Shown: piece after piece, positions 41,828-52,456 of the stretch
Layout of the letters: every line of letters starts with the position of its first letter
Position numbering within the stretch: position 1 is the stretch's first letter
Assembly: GCA_963798085.1 (NCBI GenBank)
Contig: CAWCRS010000005.1
Coordinates: 448,001-512,000, forward strand
Length of the DNA stretch: 64,000 nt
Direction of reading: 5' to 3'
Source: an uncultured Gemmatimonadales bacterium
Lineage (GTDB): Bacteria; Gemmatimonadota; Gemmatimonadetes; Longimicrobiales; RSA9
Translations under genes and position numbers: made by a program
The notes under the pieces: model-generated
The model's input: the letters and a program-made list of their open reading frames with translations, nothing else
Told to the model about the DNA's origin: nothing
The model's database searches: none

Positions 41828-43882
41828 TCAGTGAAAGCCGGCCGCGCTCCAGAGTTCGGCGCTGCGGTAGAGCGACCCGCTCTTCATGACGAATTGCACG
41901 CTGCCGATGTTGGCGATGTCGCTGAGCGGATTGCCATCGAGCACGATGAGGTCGGCGCGTTTGCCGGGCTCGAGCGTGCCCACTTCGCGGTCGAGACGCA
42001 TGGCGCGCGCCGGAACCGCACTGGCCGCGCGCAGCGCATCGAGCGGCGTCATGCCGGCCGCGGCGTACAGTTGCACTTCACGATACACGCTGTAGCCGGG
42101 AATGCCTTCATTGGTGCCGGCCACAACGGGAACACCTGCCTGATAGAGCGCGCGAATGATGTGCAGTGTGCGCGCCATGCGCGCGTGCGCGGTCGCGGTG
42201 TCGATGGTGGCGGAGCCCATGGCGCCAATGCGCTGCGCCAGCACAGGCGGCAGGTGCACGAAGCCGGGTTGCAGATGGACGACCGGCTCCGCCGCCGAAT
42301 GACTGCCCAGCTCCCCCCACGAAGCGGTCGGATCGACCACCGTGCCATGCGCCTTCAACTCGGCGATGATGTGTCGCACGCTGTCGGAATCGGCTTCGCC
42401 GCGGATGGGCAGGTGCGCGATGTGGTCCATGCCCGAATCGACCGCCGCCAGCAATGTGAGCGAGGTCGGGATGTGGCCGGTCACCGTCATGTTCAGGCGA
42501 TGCGCTTCGCGGATGATCGCGCCCACGACATCCGGCTTCAGCACGGAGTAGAGCTTCATCTGCTGGAAGCCGAGGTCGTGGTAGCGGCGGACGGCGGCCC
42601 GCCCTTCATCGGGCGTCGTCGCGTTCACGGCGCCGAACGCGTTCGGGCCGCCGCCATTGATCAGGCCCGCGAGGAGGATGTGCGGGCCGAGTCCCTTCCC
42701 TGCGTTCACCGCAGCGCGCAACGGGACAATGAAGTCGATCTCGTTGCCCATGTCGCGTACCGTCGTGACGCCCGCGGCGAGGTAGACGGGCATCCACTCG
42801 ATCTGCATGAGATGCGAATGCATGTCCCAGAGTCCGGGCGCGATGGTCTTGCCGGTCGCGTCGAAGCGCTGCGCCCCGCGCGGGATGGTCACCTCCGACG
42901 CCGGTCCTGCGGCGACAATGCGACCGCCGGCGACAACCACCGTGGCATTCTGGATGGCGCCGCGCGCAGTGCCGTCAATGAGTGTGCCGCCGGTGAGTGC
43001 GACAGTGCCCGAGGCAACGGGCCTGATGCCGCCCGTGATGCTGGCGAGATCGGCAAGCCTGTCCTTCACGGACAGCGCGAACAGCTGCGGATAGAGCGGC
43101 TCCAGCTCGATGCGCACCGCTTCGAGCGAGAGGCCGCCGCCGCCCGCAGTCGAGAAGAAGGCGAGTCGTCCTGCGGCATCGAGCCACACGGACTCGCGCC
43201 CCCAGACCACGCCATTGACCATGTAGCGCTCGAGCACAAACCGTTTGCCCGCTAACGCCAGTGTATCACGGCCCCGCCAGGTGATGTTCACCTCATTGGT
43301 GGGTCCGCCGGGCACCACCGCGAGCGATGCGGGCCGGCCGTGCGCCAGCCAGTAGCGCACCAGCAGCAGGTGCTGGCTCGTGGGTGATGTGCCGGCCAGG
43401 GCAAACGCGGTGTTGGGAAGGGCGACGTGGTTCGTCTGGCCGCGCGTCGTGACGGTTGCGTCACGGCCATCGATGTCGACCTGCGTCGTCACGGTCGCGG
43501 TGGTATCGCCGAGGCGCCGCAGCTGCATGTGCGCGGGTGTGAAGTCCCCTGCCAGCTGTGCATCCCCGGCGAGGTGCGTACGCCGCCCGCGATCGTGGTA
43601 GTCGAAGTCCGCGGACCAGTGCAGCCCACCGGCGTCGGAGCGCAGCGTATACTGCTCGCGCCCGATGCGGTAGCCCACGTAATAGAGGCTCAGCGAGTCG
43701 CTGATCGCGACGGAGTCGGCGGTCGGCAACGCGGGAACCGGTGCGGCCGCAACCATGGGCGGGCGCGACGCTTGCCTGCCCGATGGGGGCGTCGCGGAGC
43801 CGGCGTCAACGCCAGGCCGGGCTGCCGCTGCCAGCAGCAGCGAGGCGGCGGTGACGCACAGCGACAACAGGCGGTGGCGCAT
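41828..43882 (-). CDS. Exported amidohydrolase-family protein
   Basis: Signal peptide, PGLWDMHSH, GVTTVRDMG, MKLY, TGHI, IAH, GKRADL. Confidence 0.85.
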   Translation of the reverse strand: MRHRLLSLCVTAASLLLAAAARPGVDAGSATPPSGRQASRPPMVAAAPVPALPTADSVAISDSLSLYYVGYRIGREQYTLRSDAGGLHWSADFDYHDRGRRTHLAGDAQLAGDFTPAHMQLRRLGDTTATVTTQVDIDGRDATVTTRGQTNHVALPNTAFALAGTSPTSQHLLLVRYWLAHGRPASLAVVPGGPTNEVNITWRGRDTLALAGKRFVLERYMVNGVVWGRESVWLDAAGRLAFFSTAGGGGLSLEAVRIELEPLYPQLFALSVKDRLADLASITGGIRPVASGTVALTGGTLIDGTARGAIQNATVVVAGGRIVAAGPASEVTIPRGAQRFDATGKTIAPGLWDMHSHLMQIEWMPVYLAAGVTTVRDMGNEIDFIVPLRAAVNAGKGLGPHILLAGLINGGGPNAFGAVNATTPDEGRAAVRRYHDLGFQQMKLYSVLKPDVVGAIIREAHRLNMTVTGHIPTSLTLLAAVDSGMDHIAHLPIRGEADSDSVRHIIAELKAHGTVVDPTASWGELGSHSAAEPVVHLQPGFVHLPPVLAQRIGAMGSATIDTATAHARMARTLHIIRALYQAGVPVVAGTNEGIPGYSVYREVQLYAAAGMTPLDALRAASAVPARAMRLDREVGTLEPGKRADLIVLDGNPLSDIANIGSVQFVMKSGSLYRSAELWSAAGFH

Positions 43883-43911
43883 TGTCGACTCCCGCTGCGG
43901 GCGGCCGTGAC

Positions 43912-45585
43912 TCAATCGAAAGCGGCGCCCACCATGATGTTGCGGATGAGCAGCCAGGGCGAGCCGTGGGAAATGCTGTTGGTCTGCGTCGGCTGTCCCT
44001 TGGCGTCACCACCCGTGCCGTGCATCTGCCATTCGTCCGGGCCGGTCATGCCGTCCAGGTTGCCCCAGAAATCGGTGGTGATGGCGTTGTACGTCACGTC
44101 GGTCACCATGCGCGCGACCTTGCCGTTCTTTATCTCCCAGAACACGTGGCCGCCAAACTGGCCGTTATAGCGCTGCTGGTCGATCGAGTAGCTGCCGCGA
44201 CCATCGATCATGACGCCGTTCTTGACGTCGGCAATGAGCTGCTCGCGTGTGGGCGAGCCGGCCGGCCCCGGATCCACGTGCACGTTGGGCATGCGCAGGA
44301 ACGGGTAGTCGCGCCAGGAGTTGGCGTAGGTGCAGCCGCGGCTGAAGTCCTCGTTGAGGTAATGCGCTGTTTCCCGGTTGGTCTGCAGTCCGACGAGGAT
44401 GCCTTCGCGCACGAGCGGCCAGGTCATGGTCTTCACGCCATCATCGTCGTATCCCACCGAGCCAAGGCCGCGGTCCGTCTTGCTGGCGGTCACGTTGAAG
44501 TGCTTCGAGCCGTACTTGAGCTTGCCCAGGTCGGATAGCTTGACGAAGCTGGTGCCCGCGTAGTTCGCCTCGTAGCCGACGATGCGATCCAGTTCGGTGG
44601 CGTGGGCCACGATCTCGTGGATGGTCAGCATGGCGTGCGCCGGGCGAGAGGATCAGGTCGCGCAGCCCGCTCGAGCCGAGCGGCTTCGCCGTGCACATGT
44701 CGACGGCATCCTGCGCCACCTGCTCCGCCATGGCGTCGAGATCGGACTCCTCGGCGATTTCCCAGCCACCGGTGCCGGGCGCGCCCGGATAGTTCCGCGT
44801 GCGTGTGACATCGCCGACCTTCGCCGTCACGCTCATGTTGGGCGACGTGGTGAACAGCTCCTGTTCGATGTAGGAGCCCTCGCTGGAAGCGAAATAACGC
44901 CACTCGTAGCCGTGCGTGGCGGAGACGTTCACGCCGGTCACGCCCTTGACCGCCTTCGCCTTGTCCACAATGGCCTGCGCCCACGCCTGCTTGTCGGTCT
45001 GCGACACCGACGTGGGGTGCTTCTTCATGGGTGTGACCCAGTTCTCGACGTACGCCTGAACGGGCGTGAGCTTGAGATCGGCGCGCTTGGCAATGGCGCT
45101 GGCACGCGCGACCTCGACGGCCACGCGCGTGATGCGGCGCAGCTCATCTTCGGTGACGATCGGGACTGCTGGCGAAGCCCCAGACGCCGCTGTGAATCAC
45201 GCGCACGCCGAAGCCGGCCGCCTGTCGCTCTTCCTCGGTGGGAATGCCTTCACGGGCACCGCGGCCGCCCCGGCCGCCAAAGCCACCACCACCCCCACCA
45301 CCACGCCCGCCCCGACCGCGACCACCGCCACCCTCACCGGCAACACTGAAGTTCGCGGAGCCGCCGGGCACCGTCGGCATTGAGCGTGAAGCGCACATCG
45401 GCGTAGGTACTGCCGCCGAGCTTCGCCTCGCCCAGCACGATGTCGGCCAGTCCCTTGAATTTCGACTCGAGCACGGCGCCCTTTGGCGAGAGCGCGATCA
45501 GCTCGGCCACGAGGTCGTGCGAGTAGAGCGCCAGCGCGGTGGACACGCTGACGCCCCGGATGAAATCGCGGCGTGTTGGACTCAT
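43912..45585 (-). CDS. TldD-like metalloprotease with Tat leader, apparent frameshifts near 45340, 45165 and 44640
   Basis: MSPTRRDFI, GFGVRVIHSGVWGFASS, HEIVAH.TELDR (HExxxH), YDDDG, RMPN, SHGSP. Confidence 0.85.
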
Positions 45586-45613
45586 GTTGATTTCCTGTTA
45601 GCGCGCGGCCCGC

Positions 45614-47057
45614 TCATGGCGGCAGAGCCGGCGAGACCGAAGTCATGTAGAACTCTTCAATGCGCACGGGCGGCACCAGCGCGGTGCCCAGGCCGTCGTA
45701 GGCTTCGCCGGTGTGAATGGGCACGGGCTTGCCGACCAGCGTCAGGTTGTTGTAGCCCACGAGCGGAGACATATTCCAGCGGAAATTCTGCACGGGCCCG
45801 ACGATCTCGCCGTTCTCGATGAGGAACAGGCCATCGCGGGTCATGCCCGTGCTGAGCAGCGGCTGCTCTTCCGACGGCACGCCGCGGATGTACCAGAAGA
45901 AGGTGACCAGCAGGCCTCGCCGCGTCTGCCGCACCATTTCCGCGATCGACAGGTTCGAGCCTTCCTGCACCAGACTCATTTGCGGCGTCGCGCCCTGATC
46001 CGGCCCGAGGCTGCGCAGGATGCCGTTCTCCACCCACGTCACTGGCCTGGCCGGCCGGTTGTCCGGCAGAATGGGCGTCTGGCGCAGGATCGGGATTACC
46101 AATGTCGCTCTTCAGCGTGAACAGATCGCTGAACAGCTTGTCGCCCGGCTTCTTCCCCTCCATGAAGCGGCCGCCCGCGCCGCCGAACACGCCCGGCGTC
46201 GCGCCACCGCCACCACCTCCACCGCCACCACCGCGTCCGCCGCCACCGGCACCGCCACGGCCGGCGATATCCGGCGGCGGGCCGTCGCCCGCAGCGCCGA
46301 AGCGGCCGCCGCCGCCGTTGGCGCCGAAGATGCCGGTCATGAGCGAGAGGAAGCGCGCGTTGGCGCGCGGCTCGAGGATGACGGTGTAGCGACCGGGCTC
46401 GATCGCGCGCGGCGAGCGGCTCCGCAATGCCTTGTTCGCGGCGACCTGCGTGAGCGCCTTCGCATCGATCATGCCGATGTCCTTGATGCCGGTGATCCCG
46501 GCCCAGCCGGAGCCACTGCCATCGGGCATGCGGCAGGTCAGCACGAAGCCGGCTTCCGCCACGCGATAGTAGGCGAAGAGTCCCTTCGAGTTCGCGGTGC
46601 ACTGCGTCTGATCGATCTTCGGGATGTAGCCGGCGCCGAGTACGCCCATGCTCTCGGCGAGATCGATGCTGTCCTTGACCATGCGTCCGCGTTCGGCCGG
46701 CCCGAAATTCACGAGGCCGGGCAGCGCGGCATCGACCGGAATGTATTCCTGCGGGCCCAGCAGCTCGGGCAGCTGATCGTTGTCCCTCGCCTGCTGCGCG
46801 TTCGCCGTCGCTTCATCCACCATCGCCTTCATGCCGGCATCACTGAAATCGCGCGTGTTCGCCGTGCCCTGCTTCTGTCCAACGCGCACGGTCACGGTCA
46901 ACTGCCGGTCGTATTGCACGAGGTTGGTGGTGATCGACGAGTTGGCCCAGCGCGTGCCCGACCGCTCGCCGCCCGTCAGCTCGACCTCGACGGCGTCCGC
47001 GGTGGCCATGTTCATGACCTTGTCGACGATCGCTTTGGCTTCTTCGCGTGTGTACAT
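45614..47057 (-). CDS. TldE/PmbA-like protein, apparent frameshift near 46095
   Basis: TRWANS.ITTN, IEPGRYTVILEP, WYIR, TGMTRDGLFLIENG, NFRWN.SP; no HExxH. Confidence 0.8.
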
Positions 47058-47201
47058 GGGGGCGAAGCGTATGGGGAGGACTCAGGGGTGTCAACAGGGG
47101 GTGCGCGGGCGCGCGGCGTCAATGTGCTGGCCGGGGTTCGGGGGTGAGGATTCGGCGGAAGACCTGCATGCAGAGGGGCGGAGCAACGGCGTAACGGATC
47201 A

Positions 47202-47956
47202 ACGGATTATTCTCACACTGAGGAACGGGGGAAGCTGAGGGGCGCTGCCGTTTCAAGGGTGGAGAGGCTGTATTGGAAGGTTGATGGTCGGGGAATTTGC
47301 GGAAGGATGGCGACGTTCGCGCCGCAGGCCGACGGCTGGTACCTGACGATGGGGGATAACGGACAACGAAATCGGTGCTGCAACTTCACAAGAACGCAGC
47401 GGGCGGTGAATCGATCTTTGCAACGTGCTGGAAGTTGTAGACGCGGCGGATGCCATCGCGCAGGTGCAGCGCGCCGAAATTGATGAGGAGCCCGACGGGG
47501 CAGTTCAGGAGGCGGAGGTAGGTCAGCAGTTGACGGCCGTGGACGGGCGCGAGTTCCGAGACTGCCTTTACCTCGACGATCACTCTGCCATCCACAACGA
47601 GGTCGGTCCTGAAGGCATTCTCGAAATGCAGTCCCTCGAACTCAAAAGTTATCGCCTTGTTGCGCTCGACGCGCAGTGCTCGCCGTTCGAGATCGCGCGC
47701 CAGAATCATCTCGTAAACCGATTCCATCACCCCGGGCCCCAGCGCCGAGTGGATCCGCAACGCCGCACCCATCACCTGACCTGTGATGTCGTTCAACTCC
47801 AGCACGCCGCAGCCCCTGAACCTGTCGTGCACAATCCGGTCATACTGAGAAATCGTCCCCGCGAAGCCTCGACGCACGCCTGCTCGAAACCACCACACCC
47901 ACCCTCCGTCCCCCGTGTCCTCCGTCCCTCCGTCAACCTCAGCGTGAAAAATCCGT
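47202..47956. mobile_element. Candidate GxxExxY cassette bounded by imperfect inverted repeats
   Basis: ACGGATTATTCTCACACTGAGG (47202-47223) versus CCTCAGCGTGAAAAATCCGT (47937-47956); lower-GC interior; lies between two co-oriented gene blocks. Confidence 0.45.
47386..47805 (-). CDS. GxxExxY protein (PD-(D/E)XK nuclease-like)
   Basis: IH..LGPGVMESVYE, RTDLVVDGRVIVEVK, QLLTYL, GLLINFG; GTG start after AGGGG. Confidence 0.9.
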   Translation of the reverse strand: MLELNDITGQVMGAALRIHSALGPGVMESVYEMILARDLERRALRVERNKAITFEFEGLHFENAFRTDLVVDGRVIVEVKAVSELAPVHGRQLLTYLRLLNCPVGLLINFGALHLRDGIRRVYNFQHVAKIDSPPAAFL

Positions 47957-47961
47957 ACGCT

Positions 47962-48044
47962 GCGTCCTCCATTGCCCGCCGCGTCCTCCAATCAAATGTG
48001 CGGGCCGGGGCGTCCTCCATTGCCCGCCGCGTCCTCCAATCAAA
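47962..48044. repeat. Two identical 35-bp direct repeats, 48-bp period
   Basis: GCGTCCTCCATTGCCCGCCGCGTCCTCCAATCAAA at 47962 and 48010. Confidence 0.9.
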
Positions 48045-48091
48045 ACAGCCGGCCGGGGCACCCCGATAGCTGAGCACGCCGACCTTGCCGT

Positions 48092-49864
48092 CTACCTCTC
48101 CCCGCGCGTCCTCCGTGCCCACCACTCCAGCCCGAGGAGCAGCACGAACGGGAGCAGCCACCAGGTGGATCGCATGGGATGCCACGTCACGCGCCGTGTG
48201 GTCGGCCGGATGCGCTGCGCCAGCAGTGGACGCAGTGATGCGAGTTGTGCTTCGTCCAGCGCGCGGCCTCCGTGCGCTCGCGCCCAGACGCGCACGAGGT
48301 CGCGCGCCGGCGGCGTCACGCGCGCAACATCGGAGGCGACGATGATGGGCACGGTTTCGGTGGTGCCGTTGCCGATGACGCGGACTTCGTATGTGCCGGG
48401 AGTCGCGGGTGCGCGCAGACTGCCCCGGAACTGTCCTGTCGCCGGCTCGGGCCAGAGGCGGATCGGGTGCGACGAGGCTGGACCGTCGATGGCGGCACCG
48501 ACGCTGGCGCGCAGGGCGTGATCACCGAGTGAGGCGAGTGCCGCATCGCGCACGGTTACCAGTACGTCGGTGGTCTCACCGGGCGCGAGCAGTGGCTGCG
48601 CGACGCGCGCATCGACAAGTGGCGGCGCGTCGTCGGCGGCGTCGGCGATGACTGTCTGCCAGAAAAGATCGAACGCAGCAACGGCGGGATCGCGGAACTC
48701 CCAGGCGTCGAGCGCGCCGCTGATGACGAGCCGTCCGGGACCGACCGGCGAGCGCCAGACCACGGGTCGCCGCTGCGTCGTGTCACCGGCCTGCGGCAGG
48801 CTTTCCGCCAGCACATCCGCACCCTCGGGCAGCAGTGCGGGCCACATCACCTCCGTAGCGCGCAGCCCGCCTTCGCCAGGTGCGACCCGCTGGATCGCGA
48901 TCCCGCTGCCGGCGCTCGCCGCCGCCCAGCGCGTGACCCCGGCCAGGCGTTGCCACGGCCCGGCCGCACGATGGTCGACCAGCAGCAGCACACCACCACC
49001 CCGGCTGCGCAGGAATGCATCGAGTCCGCCGACATCGGTCGGGCCCAGTGCTTCCGGCGCACCCACGACAATGGCGTCGAACAGAGCGAGTGCGAGCGGA
49101 TCACCCAGCGAAGCTGGCGGCCGGCCGGCGTCGGTGCTGACATTGTGCGACGTAACCACGCGGCTGCTCACCACGAAGCGCGCGTCCCGCTCGATCGCGC
49201 GGCGCACGAACGTCGCCATCCATGAGGGCCGCGCATCGAAGAACAGCACGGCCCACCGCTTTTCGCGCACATCGACCAGCACATCAGCCGCCGCGCCCGC
49301 CGCTTCGCCTGCGAACTCCGCGGTTACGCGGAGCATCACCGCACCGGTCGCAGTGGGCACGAACGTCAGCGGTAGATCCAGGAGTGTGTCATTGCTGGCG
49401 ACGACGCTCGTCCCGTGATCGACCAACAGCCCGCCGCTACGCAGCGTCACCTCTACTGTGCGTCCGGCGCCACCCCGGATCCTGGCACGCACCGTGACCG
49501 GGACTCGCGCATTCAGCGGCGCGCGCGCCGGCGCCTGCACCGCCTCGAGCGCAATGGTCGATGCCGGCAGTTCCGGCAGCACCGCAAAGACCGGGGCCGC
49601 CAGATCCTCCGCCGCCGCAGGAAGCCGGTCGCCCACGAGGACGCTAGCGGCCGCGCCGCTGTACGCGCCGCGCACAATCGTGTAATCACTGCTCAGCTCA
49701 CGCGCCACGCGGGCCGCCACTGCGGCGTCACTGGAGGAATCCGATTCCACGAGCGCAATCTCGGGTTGCACCCGCCTCGCCGTCGTCAGGGGCGGATCGA
49801 GCGCGGCCACCAGCGCGACGCCCACTGCGAGGACACGGACGAGCCCCACGAGGCGCCGGGTCAC
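48092..49864 (-). CDS. Membrane-anchored protein with Ig-like and GATase-like regions (MoxR/Bat operon member)
   Basis: N-terminal TM, C-terminal LLLGLEWWARR typical of such operons. Confidence 0.65.
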   Translation of the reverse strand: MTRRLVGLVRVLAVGVALVAALDPPLTTARRVQPEIALVESDSSSDAAVAARVARELSSDYTIVRGAYSGAAASVLVGDRLPAAAEDLAAPVFAVLPELPASTIALEAVQAPARAPLNARVPVTVRARIRGGAGRTVEVTLRSGGLLVDHGTSVVASNDTLLDLPLTFVPTATGAVMLRVTAEFAGEAAGAAADVLVDVREKRWAVLFFDARPSWMATFVRRAIERDARFVVSSRVVTSHNVSTDAGRPPASLGDPLALALFDAIVVGAPEALGPTDVGGLDAFLRSRGGGVLLLVDHRAAGPWQRLAGVTRWAAASAGSGIAIQRVAPGEGGLRATEVMWPALLPEGADVLAESLPQAGDTTQRRPVVWRSPVGPGRLVISGALDAWEFRDPAVAAFDLFWQTVIADAADDAPPLVDARVAQPLLAPGETTDVLVTVRDAALASLGDHALRASVGAAIDGPASSHPIRLWPEPATGQFRGSLRAPATPGTYEVRVIGNGTTETVPIIVASDVARVTPPARDLVRVWARAHGGRALDEAQLASLRPLLAQRIRPTTRRVTWHPMRSTWWLLPFVLLLGLEWWARRTRGER

Positions 49865-49933
49865 GCGCGGTAGTTCCCGGGCGGGAGGACGCGGAGGGGC
49901 GTCATCCGGCTCATGTCTGCGGGCGTACAGAAA

Positions 49934-50309
49934 CGGATCATCATCACACAGGGGACACAGGGGGCTCGGAGGGGCGCCATCCGGTGCGCGCGCGTGGGCC
50001 TGAGTACGAGTCCAGGAGGGTCACGTGGTTCAACCTGCATCGTTCCAGGGTTCAGAGGCATTGGGGATGCACAACCTGATAATCGCTTGTTATGGTTTCG
50101 CTCTGGGTCACGGGCTGTTGCATTCAGGTCCTCGCGAGCCCTGGCTCCCCGGCACGCTGTGCGCTGGGCCATGTTCCTCCGGCGCCCACGCATTGCCGTC
50201 CTCTGGCGCCAACGTGTGCTGCTGACTTGCGTACTCAGCAGCCCAGCCTGCACCCGTGCGTGGGTTCGCGCCCCTCCGAACCCCTTTGTCCCCTGTGTGA
50301 TGATGTCCG
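49934..50309. repeat. 376-bp fold-back element with about 40-bp imperfect terminal inverted repeats
   Basis: CATCATCACACAGGGGACACAGGGGGCTCGGAGGGGCGC versus GCGCCCCTCCGAACCCCTTTGTCCCCTGTGTGATGATG; inner CTGAGTACG/CGTACTCAG and CCAGGG/CCCTGG pairs. Confidence 0.8.
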
Positions 50310-50348
50310 CTCTCTGCGCTCTCCCCGGTACTGCCGCATGACACGACT

Positions 50349-52456
50349 TCACCGGGAACGCGGACCGGAGCCGCCACTCTGTGTCCTCAACTCACCCTCG
50401 AGTCGACGCATCTCGAGCAGGGCGTGTATGCCGGGAGCGGGCGGCAGTCCTTGGCGCATGGCGGCGGCGAGGCTGGTGGCGGCGCTGTCGAGAAGTGCGC
50501 GCGCTTCCGTGTTTCTTGCGGCACTGATGGCGGACGCGGCGCTGCCGAGGCCTGCGGCCACGTGTTGCAGCGTCGAATCGGACGGATCGACCTGGAGCAC
50601 GGTTTCCGCGAGCTGCGCGGCGCGCGCGGCGGCGGTGCTGCCGAACTCCGCGTCACCCGCGAGTGTGGCAATGCCGGCGAGCGCGCGGCGCAGTGCGGTC
50701 ACGCGCGCGTCGCCGGCGGGTTGAATGCCGGGGCGGACGTCGCGTGTGGCGGTCGCGAGTGAGCCGGTCAGCCGCCGGGAAAGATCGAGACGCTCGCGTT
50801 CGGTGAGTGCGCGCAGAATGTAGCGCGTGTGCGAGAAGGCGCCCTGCAGATACGTCAGCGCATCGCGCTCATCTTCAGGGCCTGCTCCAGCTCGGTGGCC
50901 GTGAGGGATGTGCTCGCGCGACTCATGGCGCGGATGGCCCGGATCATCTCGACACGTCCGCGGTTGGCGAGCCGGCCGGCGGCGAGGTCCTGTTCGCCGG
51001 CGGCTTCCGCCTGCTCGTTCAGGTCGGCCATGTTCGCGGCAGCCTCGACTTCCTCCGCGACTTCGCCGCCCATCATGAAAACGAACTCCGCGCGCACCGC
51101 ACGCTGCTCGGCGGCGATCGTCAGTGCTTCGACGTTGAGCGAATCGGCCGCAAGCAATGCTGCGTGCGCGCGCAGCCGCTCGGTCTTGAGGATGACCATC
51201 TGCTGGCTGAGCGCGTAACGATCGAGGTTTTCATCGAGCGAAAAACCGGGCGCGGCAATGGCGCCGGGCGAAGTGATCTCGACAATGTACGAATCGGATT
51301 CAGCGGGCGAAGCGCCGGGCCGGTTGTCCTCCGCAATGGCGCGATACACGAGCAGGTCGCCCGGCTCGAGTTTCAGCGTATCGAGGCGCCATGTCGCGTT
51401 CGCCTTCCAGTTGCGTGCGTCCGTGCGTGACACCGTGACCGGCACCTCGCCTTCCGTGAAGGTGAAGCGCTCGTCGGCGCCCGACACCCGCGTGTAGCGC
51501 AGCCGTAGCGTGGCCAGGCCAATGTCGTCGTCTGCGTCCATGGCCAGCCGGAGTGTGCGCCGGCCGTCGGGGAAAAACAGATCGCGGCCAGGCGTATCGA
51601 CGCGCACGCGTGGCGCATCGTCGGGTGTCACTGTGATGCCGATCAGCCGGCGCACGCCCACGCGCCCTTCGGTTGTGGCCGGCTCAATGGCGAGGTAGCC
51701 GTCGGCATCGGCAATGACGACGCCAGCGAATACGCGACCTGCGTCCGCAGTGAGGGCGTGGCGGCCCGTAATGGTCTCGACCGTGACGCTGCCGGCCCGG
51801 GCTTGTACCGACAGCGAAACGCGGCTGCCGGCCAGCGCTTCAATGCGCGCGGGATCGTGCAGTGTCAGAGCGGGCCGCGCGGTGTACGCGGGCGGCGTCA
51901 CCGTAATGTCGATCGCGCTGATGACCGCGCTGTTCGCATCAGCCGCGCGTCTGTCCACCGTGCGCGCCGGCAGTGCGGCCAGGAGGAACGCGGCGCTCGT
52001 GACAACCGCGGTGCTGGCGGCCAGCCGGAGCACGGCGGGACGGGCGGGAAACAGTGAACGCGGATCCAGCTGCGCCGTGAGGCGGGCCGCTTCCCGGCAC
52101 ACGAGAGCGCCGATCCAGGGTCGCACACGGTCCGGCTGCTCGATCAGCTCCGTCGCCGTAATCAGCAGGTTGCGGCAGCCGGGCGCGCGCCGTTCCACGA
52201 GCAGGGGCACACGCGGCGCGCGGCGGATCGAAGCGACAATGCCGGTCACAGCACCGGCGACCAGAAGCGCCAGCGCACTGAGAGCCGCGGTCAGGCTGGT
52301 GGCTTCGCGCCAGCCGCCCAGTCCTGCGACCAGCCCGGCCAGCAGCGCGATCAGCAGGCCGACGGCCGCGCCCTCGGTCGCGCTGATCCACGCGAGCCGG
52401 CGCGACGCGCGGGCGAGGAACGCGCGCACGGCGGGTGCGTCAGGCCACGCGCTCAT
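50349..52456 (-). CDS. DUF4175-like membrane protein, apparent frameshifts near 50860 and 50720
   Basis: TM segments, TPPAYT, DDAP.V, DDDIG, LEPGD..VY.A.A.D, YALSQQMVI..TE.L. Confidence 0.6.

Noticed and set aside
47962..48044. CRISPR array
   Set aside because: Only two repeats with a 13-bp gap and no cas genes
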